From: Candidatus Micrarchaeota archaeon
Lineage (GTDB): Archaea > Micrarchaeota > Micrarchaeia > Micrarchaeales > CABMGC01
Direction of reading: 5' to 3'
Assembly (NCBI GenBank): GCA_021789155.1
Contig: JAJYJW010000003.1
Span: 1 to 51,518, forward strand
DNA length: 51,518 nucleotides
Part shown: positions 46,101 through 51,518 of the stretch, in pieces
Layout: each line of letters starts with the position of its first letter
Numbering within the stretch: the stretch's first letter is position 1
Made by a program: the position numbers and the translations under genes
The notes under the pieces: generated by a model
The model's database searches: none
The model's input: the letters and a program-made list of their open reading frames with translations, nothing else
What the model was told of the DNA's origin: nothing

Positions 46101-46587
46101 TTCCCGCAGCTATGTCTATCAATTCCCTTCTCTCCTTAGGCGTAGTGTAGATTAGCTTGTTTATTTCTCCCTGCGTTATGGTATTCGTATCGTTAAGGAC
46201 AAGGCGATGGGCGCGGAGCTCCTCTATTATCTCGTTCCTTTTAGCATGCTTGCCATTGAGATGGAATGCGCTTTTGCCATCCGAGCGGACAATCCTTAGC
46301 ACTTCAACCTGCTTTCCTTCGTTGTTCGCGAATAGGAGCTTGACATGTGCCTTAGGTAGCGAATCTTTGTTCTTCTTGAGTGCGCTTGCGCTGTTGATCA
46401 GCATCTCTAGCTTGTTTACACGGAGCCTGCGCATCGAGCTTTCGCCGAGAGCGAAAAGTAGAGCATCGCATATGTTGCTTTTTCCCGAGCCGTTAGGACC
46501 AACAACGCACGTAAAGCCATTGCTGAACATAAGGTCTGCGGAATGGAAAGACTTGAAATTGTGAAGGGATATGCTCTTTAGATACAT
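43183..46587 (-). CDS. smc: Chromosome segregation ATPase SMC
   Basis: NFKSF, GPNGSGKSN, QGEI, two long coiled-coil arms, hinge (GFYGKV...LGRATFIP...SGG), MSGGERS, FDEVDTALD, VVSH. Confidence 0.96.
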   Translation of the reverse strand: MYLKSISLHNFKSFHSADLMFSNGFTCVVGPNGSGKSNICDALLFALGESSMRRLRVNKLEMLINSASALKKNKDSLPKAHVKLLFANNEGKQVEVLRIVRSDGKSAFHLNGKHAKRNEIIEELRAHRLVLNDTNTITQGEINKLIYTTPKERRELIDIAAGIKEFDEKKNEALKELGKVEIRLSEAKLIMGERSGFLAELEKEKSAAEKYLALKEKLALLRYNVLAKREKDASVSYNSIMQELAKLDASRAELAKELSELNSSLDALTQERQSITKELSESTLSAGADAKKLEMLNTDIAKVNAQLDSTKSLLSERKKQIVTSKDELKACSVEIDSINSEMAGIRKRTKELEPMLGISNNNADSGKERMESIDSRLRELDKVIAALNSKIAILNADNISTDNYITTEQSKYENARDKLAILKKEHNELNKQLSSLKVELSKSMSLLNRKDDNATGIRKEIDSIDTKLISVREQRAMYHGRESSYLDNIRNAFTEKDGFYGKVSDIVTYPAEYSQAIDSAASARMDYLVVNNIGTASKIIEFLKQNSLGRATFIPISELNVKAHEKQSVGGAIPVLDLVSFDPKYSKVFEYVFGGTYLISRIEDAKKLGIGQRRYVTKEGDLVESSGVVSGGNQKRRVSLSSLDNSIKELNARKEELISKLSEGDSLVERQRTDKARIELEHNSVSVKLEMLAKELEEAESLVQTSLKNVESSKSKLSTIASAEEQAKSTLSSNMREYNALKEEQSSLYNAYINSAKTAATDSQGKQLAKELEELKMHGVELSTRGSMLEAKKKQTETSISSMEKEMEEQEFSARELDAKYTILSKGKAELEEKASAASSVGKKAYERLQAIDTEINAMSTQRGSISAKLETFDRNINDSKLKSSQLEVRISDLKAELASYQTTYAIIEESVEKLEADASATSMLLNEMSNVNLKAPEAYEIRKKELDEIQGRLNTIEAERDSVMHMIDEIDSKKLNIFVNTFDAVNKNFSKLFNYIFPGKAQIELENPKEPFNSGLFIKITEGKTSKRESSMSGGERSLVLLMLLFAIHSYKPSSLYIFDEVDTALDKENSKKLSKLIKELSANSQFVVVSHNDSLIMNADAAIGVTKSENESKAIGLDIRAMLAKAATANKG

Positions 46588-46680
46588 TAAACTCCACTAT
46601 CCACCGTATGGTCGCTATACCTGTTACACATTAAACCTTTTTAAGGCTTTGATGAATGTAAAAATTAGATAAAAATTGAA

Positions 46681-46986
46681 TTAATATGTACTTGATATAG
46701 ACATTGCCGCTATCTTATGTTCTAATGCTTTTGAAAGCGTGCTGGAAAAGCCAAAGATATTTGGAACTGCCTTCACGACATTGGTCCTTTGAATGATGGA
46801 GCGCGCTACGCGAAGCTTGCTCAGTTTTATCGATAGGTTTTTGCCCTTAGCAGTTGAGATAACGTCCATGTGCTTCGTCATCTCGATTATCTGATTATCA
46901 AGGTCGTTAGGAGTATCTATCTTCAATGTAGATGCATCCCATAAGGGAAGATCTTTAATCTTACTCTCTTTCTTTATTAATCCCAC
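46681..46986 (-). CDS. Small hypothetical protein
   Basis: 101-aa ORF with a GTG start filling the gap between the coiled-coil gene and smc. Could be a gene remnant. Confidence 0.4.
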   Translation of the reverse strand: MGLIKKESKIKDLPLWDASTLKIDTPNDLDNQIIEMTKHMDVISTAKGKNLSIKLSKLRVARSIIQRTNVVKAVPNIFGFSSTLSKALEHKIAAMSISSTY

Positions 46987-47047
46987 AAAATCGTCTAATC
47001 CGTGAGTATCCTAATTTGCGTGTCTCTATTTCCAACGTGCAATAAAA

Positions 47048-50014
47048 TTAAGGAGACGGAGCACCAAAGCTATTCATCCAGTCAGAAACCCTGCTTCCGA
47101 CACGAGAACTGCCTCTTCCAATGTGGCCAGTTGCCTTTGCATCTTCATTGGTTTTGGTTATGTTATCCCCATAGTACTTAAGAACAGATATATCTACAGC
47201 TAGCGAGTCTACTGCAGTAGCCAAATCGCCGAATTTGTCGACTTTATACAAATCTTTGAATTTCTCCAGTGCTTCATCTGCAGATGCCACATATAAGTCA
47301 TACCTGGCGTCTATTTCTGCTTTATTATTTGCTAATAGCGTATCGACTTTTGATTGAACGCTACTACTGCCAGCAGGCAACGAAATTGAATCTTCAATCT
47401 CCTTTTCTAAATTAACTTTTATGTCATTTGCAATTTTTTCATGCAGTTTTTTTTGGGTATTTACTTCTTTTTCTTTATCCCCTAGCTGATCAACCATCGC
47501 TGTCAACTCTTCATCCTTTGTTTCTAGTCTATTGTTCATTGCTTCGAGCTCATCTTTATTTTTCTCTAGCTCAGTATTCTTATTTTCCAATTCATTCTGC
47601 TTTGCTTTTAGAGCATCTTGCAAAACTTTTAAATCTGCTGAACCTGCGGGCGAATTAGACAATTCGGCATCATAATCTGCTTGCGCTTGTGGGATTTGAA
47701 CCTCTATAAGATCCTGTATTTCGCTATTTAGATCATCCCTTCTACCTTCTAATACCTTCACGGCGTCTGCAAAAGTGGCCTTTTCATCTCCTACAAGACG
47801 CATTTTTGCATCTATCTCTGCCTTCTCATCGTTCAATGCTTCTAGAGTTTTTTTTGCTTTTGATTCGTCATCAACAGTTTTATCGAGCTTTTCTTTGTAA
47901 CTTTCAATTTTGCCATTATTTTCGATAAGTTCTCTTATTTCGCTTATTTCTGTAGCTAATACTTTTCTCTTGTCTTCGAATTCCTTATACTCCGGCGTAC
48001 TATCTTTCTCATTCTTTTCAAATAAACGATCAGGGGCATCCATAAGCGCCATTACAGTATCCATTGCGCTTAGCTTTTGAGAATAACTTGCAGTATCTTT
48101 AGTTACTGCTACTCCTGCATTATCGGTCTGAGTTTTATAGTAATCGTTTAGTATATCTTTGGTGCTATTCGCGTCCTTCATTCTTTTGTATTTTTCGTTA
48201 AGTTTGCCTATACTATCTTTAAACGCATTTGCTTCTCTAGAAACATTATCAATAGGCACAATGATTTTTGAACTTGCAGAATGAAGTGCAGAAGTTATTG
48301 ATTCTAGTGAGCTTAACACACTTCCACATATCTCTTCTCCCTTTTTCAGCTCATTATCCTCTGCAGAAGTATTCCAATACATGAGTTTTTGCAAAGTGAT
48401 GTCTATTGCACTACTACCAAATCTTCCCAATAACGCGTTAGAATTGAGAGGAGAAAACTCAACTTTCTCCTTGTTACCGGGCATTTTAACTGAAATGCTT
48501 GCTTTATCTACAGCTTTATTTAATTCATTTATTGCCTTAACGAGGTCTGTATTTTGCGCCAAATTCTTCTCACCTTCTGAGAGCTTTTTCATATTGGTTA
48601 CAAGACCACTAACACTCTGATAGCTGTCAACATATTTTTCAATTAGTTTAACCTCTTCCTTTATTTTATTGATCTTTGTCTGTATTTTGCCCTTATTCTC
48701 AAGTACGTCTCTTTCAAGCAGAGATTCAGAATATTTAGTTGCTCTTACATCAGGTTCAACATTCACTTTGATTGGCTTTAATAATGCCTCCTTTGTTTTA
48801 CCTAGATCTTCAATTTTGATTTGAACTGGAATAGGTATGCCCGCTTTTGCCAGCTCTTTGGCCCTCTCTCCTGCCTTCTGTTTCTCCTCCTTTTGCATCG
48901 CAATCTGATATTCAAATGCTTCTTTCCTTGAGTTTATTGCTACTGATGCAAACACCCCCTTTAGAGCATCTGATCGAGTTTTTGCATACTCTGATAGTAT
49001 CTTTTCATTGTGCTCGTGCAGTTTATCTGCTTTAGGTGTTGCTTTTTCTATCGCTTTCACATATAACTTATAGGTATCTAAAAATGTTTTCGCCATTATT
49101 GGTTCTAACTTCCGCTCTGAGGCCCCTATTGCAACATTGATCGAAGCTAGCATGTGGTCTATTATTTTAGCATTATTCACTTTAGTTAATCTTCTAGACT
49201 CTTCTACATGGCCTGCAGTAAATTCCCTAGTTATCTTATTGTAAATTGCTACGTCAAATTTATTTTTAACTGCATCGTCACTGTTCAACTTGACTATGAG
49301 CTCTTGATTTTCGAACGATTTTGAAAATTCTTTTATTTTTTCGTTAGCATTGCTCATAACAACTGCATTCTTCTCCTTTTCCGCATCGGTTAATGCTGCA
49401 TTATTATAGTCCTTCATGATTTTGTTGACATCTGCATTCAAATCATCAAGAGGCTTTTTGAGCTTATTTTTTAATTCTATATCCGTGTTTTTTTCGAATG
49501 CAATTTTGTAAATATCATAATCATTTATTACATTTCTAACAAATTCGGTAATTATATCCTGTCTCTTTTCGCCAAGTTCCTTGTTAGCGTCTTCTATTGC
49601 TTTGAGGTCCTCGTTTTTCATGCCTGCTACGCTACTAAGTGACTTCCTTTCAAACTTTATGCCGACTTTTGTGAATGCCTTCTCTGCAGCATTAGACATA
49701 TCTGCAATAGCCTTCTGTACCTCTTTTTTTGTTTCATTGTTAGTATCTTTTGTATTAAGAAGTATGATTGCACCCATTTGTGCTATTGCAATATAATCAG
49801 GGAGAACATTTGATACATCTTCAAGCATATTTGATTTCTGGCGTTCTATTTTTGCTATCTTACCGAAAGATTTCATGTTACTTGTCATTGTTTTTGCCAT
49901 TTCAACAAAAGAATCGTAATCTATTTTTCCATCTTTGGCTATAGAATCAAGGTTTAATCCATACTCTACTTTACTTGCTTCCTTTGAAGTATAACTCCTA
50001 AATCTAGATACCAT
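47048..50014 (-). CDS. Large orphan coiled-coil protein (988 aa)
   Basis: K/E/D/N-rich with clear heptads near the C-terminus. No ATPase motif, signal peptide or TM. DNA visibly AT-richer than smc. Confidence 0.85.
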   Translation of the reverse strand: MVSRFRSYTSKEASKVEYGLNLDSIAKDGKIDYDSFVEMAKTMTSNMKSFGKIAKIERQKSNMLEDVSNVLPDYIAIAQMGAIILLNTKDTNNETKKEVQKAIADMSNAAEKAFTKVGIKFERKSLSSVAGMKNEDLKAIEDANKELGEKRQDIITEFVRNVINDYDIYKIAFEKNTDIELKNKLKKPLDDLNADVNKIMKDYNNAALTDAEKEKNAVVMSNANEKIKEFSKSFENQELIVKLNSDDAVKNKFDVAIYNKITREFTAGHVEESRRLTKVNNAKIIDHMLASINVAIGASERKLEPIMAKTFLDTYKLYVKAIEKATPKADKLHEHNEKILSEYAKTRSDALKGVFASVAINSRKEAFEYQIAMQKEEKQKAGERAKELAKAGIPIPVQIKIEDLGKTKEALLKPIKVNVEPDVRATKYSESLLERDVLENKGKIQTKINKIKEEVKLIEKYVDSYQSVSGLVTNMKKLSEGEKNLAQNTDLVKAINELNKAVDKASISVKMPGNKEKVEFSPLNSNALLGRFGSSAIDITLQKLMYWNTSAEDNELKKGEEICGSVLSSLESITSALHSASSKIIVPIDNVSREANAFKDSIGKLNEKYKRMKDANSTKDILNDYYKTQTDNAGVAVTKDTASYSQKLSAMDTVMALMDAPDRLFEKNEKDSTPEYKEFEDKRKVLATEISEIRELIENNGKIESYKEKLDKTVDDESKAKKTLEALNDEKAEIDAKMRLVGDEKATFADAVKVLEGRRDDLNSEIQDLIEVQIPQAQADYDAELSNSPAGSADLKVLQDALKAKQNELENKNTELEKNKDELEAMNNRLETKDEELTAMVDQLGDKEKEVNTQKKLHEKIANDIKVNLEKEIEDSISLPAGSSSVQSKVDTLLANNKAEIDARYDLYVASADEALEKFKDLYKVDKFGDLATAVDSLAVDISVLKYYGDNITKTNEDAKATGHIGRGSSRVGSRVSDWMNSFGAPSP

Positions 50015-50061
50015 ATTATCGTATAAATTCTGACTTTTCTGATTTAAAAAGATTATCTTTC

Positions 50062-50091
50062 ATCTGGGGATAAGCGTATATACCCCCAGAT
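50062..50091. other. Intergenic inverted repeat (possible hairpin)
   Basis: ATCTGGGG (50062-50069) and CCCCAGAT (50084-50091) with a 14-nt spacer, between the two coiled-coil paralogues. Confidence 0.5.
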
Positions 50092-50118
50092 TGCCTGCTT
50101 CCCCCTTTACTGAATTGC

Positions 50119-51518
50119 TCATATCGCGGTGTGCATGCTGCTTCTGCTAAAAACGTTGGCCAACGAACCCAAGATGCTCTGCTTTTGCTCTATTCCAAGC
50201 GCTTTCGCCACCTCGCTGTTCTCATGAAGCATCTGCTTTCTTGAAGCCCCAAGATTCGTCTCCTCATTGCCCAGAAGGCTCTTCAGCTCCTCCAAAGCGC
50301 TGAGTTTAGATTCGAATTCTGGCGTTTTCACTGTTTCTGCTATCAGGTTTATCACAGACGCTGCAGCACCCTTAGCTTCAGAGAAGTGCTTGTCCATCGC
50401 CTCTTTCTCAGAGTTTATGGCTCCTTCTACCCTAAGCTTTTCGACTTCTCCTGCAACAGAGGATTTGCTCGCCTCGAGTTCGGTTATGTCCTTCTCTATT
50501 GCGCTTATAGCTTCCAGATGGTTTCTGAATTCGTTTTGCTTCTCGTTTACTTCCAATGTAAGCTTCTTGTACGAATCGAGCATCGGAACCACGCTATCAA
50601 CAACCTTTGCGAACCCTATGCTGAGATCCTTCACGTTTGCGAAGTTAACAAGATTATCTACTGAAACCTTTGGATCTGCAACCACCTTTATCATGCTGTC
50701 AGTAGTTGCAAGTGCCTCGTTCAGGTCAAGATTGTCTCTGTATACCTGTTCGACCATTGGGACCATCTTGTTGTTCAGCTTGTGGAGCTTTCCTGCTATG
50801 CCCTTCAGCGACTTCTCAAGAGCGCCGTATGCGTTTTCTGCATTCGAAAAGCCTTTTTCGTTGTTTGAAGCGCCGTTTTCGAACATGTTCACCAATGTTG
50901 CGTTTATCTTATCAGCAGAGAGATAATCCACGAATCTTCCAGGCTCAGCTAGGCTGAATTCAAGCTTATCCTTGCCGTTTGCCGCACTTAACGCGAATTT
51001 CTGCGATGCTGCGAGTGATTTTATGCCTTTCAACGTTGCAAAGCTTTCAGTGTAGTAATCGTTTCTGTAATCTCCACCGTTTATTATGTTGAACCCAATG
51101 CTCACGTTCTTTAGAAGAGCGTCTGCCTGTGGCTCGAGCTTGCCCTTATACGAGATTATGTAGTTTTCTATGATTTTCGCGTTATCCTTTATCGCGTCTA
51201 TCCTCGCATGTACTCTGCCATTGTTCAATGCTGAATCGGTTGCAAGCATGTCGTTGAATCTTTCCAGCACCGTTTTTGTTACGGTTTCGCTGTTGGTTTC
51301 CATGTTCTGCGTTGCTTCTGCATCTACCAACGTTTCGCTTTCCTTGCTTTCCAAGCCCAATTCTCCCAGTTTTGGCATAGGAAGGTCAAGGCCCTTCTTC
51401 AATATTTTAGACGATTGATACTGGAATACCGTCTGCCTTGAATTCACCGCTACTGCCGCGAGCACGTCTTTAAACATTGCCGCTTTTTGGTCTATCGTAC
51501 CATTTTCTATATCCTGTG
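50119..51518 (-). CDS. Coiled-coil protein paralogous to 47048-50014, probably 5'-truncated at the window edge
   Basis: The frame stays open upstream of ATG 51477 to the window end (...QDIENGTIDQKAA-MFKD). Several colinear blocks of similarity to the central part of the 988-aa protein. Confidence 0.8.
   Translation of the reverse strand, partial: QDIENGTIDQKAAMFKDVLAAVAVNSRQTVFQYQSSKILKKGLDLPMPKLGELGLESKESETLVDAEATQNMETNSETVTKTVLERFNDMLATDSALNNGRVHARIDAIKDNAKIIENYIISYKGKLEPQADALLKNVSIGFNIINGGDYRNDYYTESFATLKGIKSLAASQKFALSAANGKDKLEFSLAEPGRFVDYLSADKINATLVNMFENGASNNEKGFSNAENAYGALEKSLKGIAGKLHKLNNKMVPMVEQVYRDNLDLNEALATTDSMIKVVADPKVSVDNLVNFANVKDLSIGFAKVVDSVVPMLDSYKKLTLEVNEKQNEFRNHLEAISAIEKDITELEASKSSVAGEVEKLRVEGAINSEKEAMDKHFSEAKGAAASVINLIAETVKTPEFESKLSALEELKSLLGNEETNLGASRKQMLHENSEVAKALGIEQKQSILGSLANVFSRSSMHTAI

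Noticed and set aside
46681-47050. 101-aa ORF as a frameshifted or read-through tail of the 988-aa gene
   Set aside because: Joining them needs a frameshift plus passage through two TAG stops. No slippery site or homology evidence is visible.
43183-50014. SMC plus neighbours as a Wadjet/MksBEFG or Lamassu defence system
   Set aside because: The SMC is a canonical hinge-containing housekeeping type. No kleisin, KITE, Toprim nuclease or effector gene is recognisable nearby.
50267-50926. 219-aa + strand ORF
   Set aside because: S/F/L-rich antisense shadow of the K/E-rich coiled-coil gene. The same applies to the many short antisense ORFs over smc, ileS, EF-2 and rpl7ae (for example 36288-36914 and 36862-37464).

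Overview
Gene-dense archaeal chromosomal segment. It is most consistent with a DPANN / Micrarchaeota (ARMAN-like) genome. That placement is an inference from the archaeal ribosomal and RNAP proteins, a non-canonical tRNA intron, a class III signal-peptide LamG protein and compact divergent promoters. Core genes: CysRS, IleRS, TrpRS, AlaX, EF-2, rpl30e-rps12-rps7-EF2-rpl7ae-rps28e-rpl24e, RNAP subunit K, SMC, signal peptidase, ether-lipid enzymes (DGGGP synthase-like UbiA, geranylgeranyl reductase), agmatinase, sugar-phosphate nucleotidyltransferase and IscU. There are two tRNA-Gln genes, one with a 16-nt D-loop intron. Notable accessory features: (1) a translationally coupled three-gene operon of an orphan with a possible BshC/HUP-like ligase fold, a VanX-type D,D-dipeptidase and an Asp/Glu racemase; (2) a three-gene RCK-gated channel cluster whose two pore subunits both lack the TVGYG filter; (3) substitutions in normally invariant motifs of uS12 (PNSA to PHSG, GDIPG to GCIPG) and EF-2 (HVDHGK to HVHHGK); (4) a surface cluster (Ig-like repeat protein with three identical 44-bp cores, pilin-LamG protein, exported Lon-like protease); (5) tandem paralogous giant coiled-coil orphans upstream of SMC. 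No rRNA, CRISPR array, transposase or integrase was recognised. All family calls come from motif recognition by eye; no searches were run.
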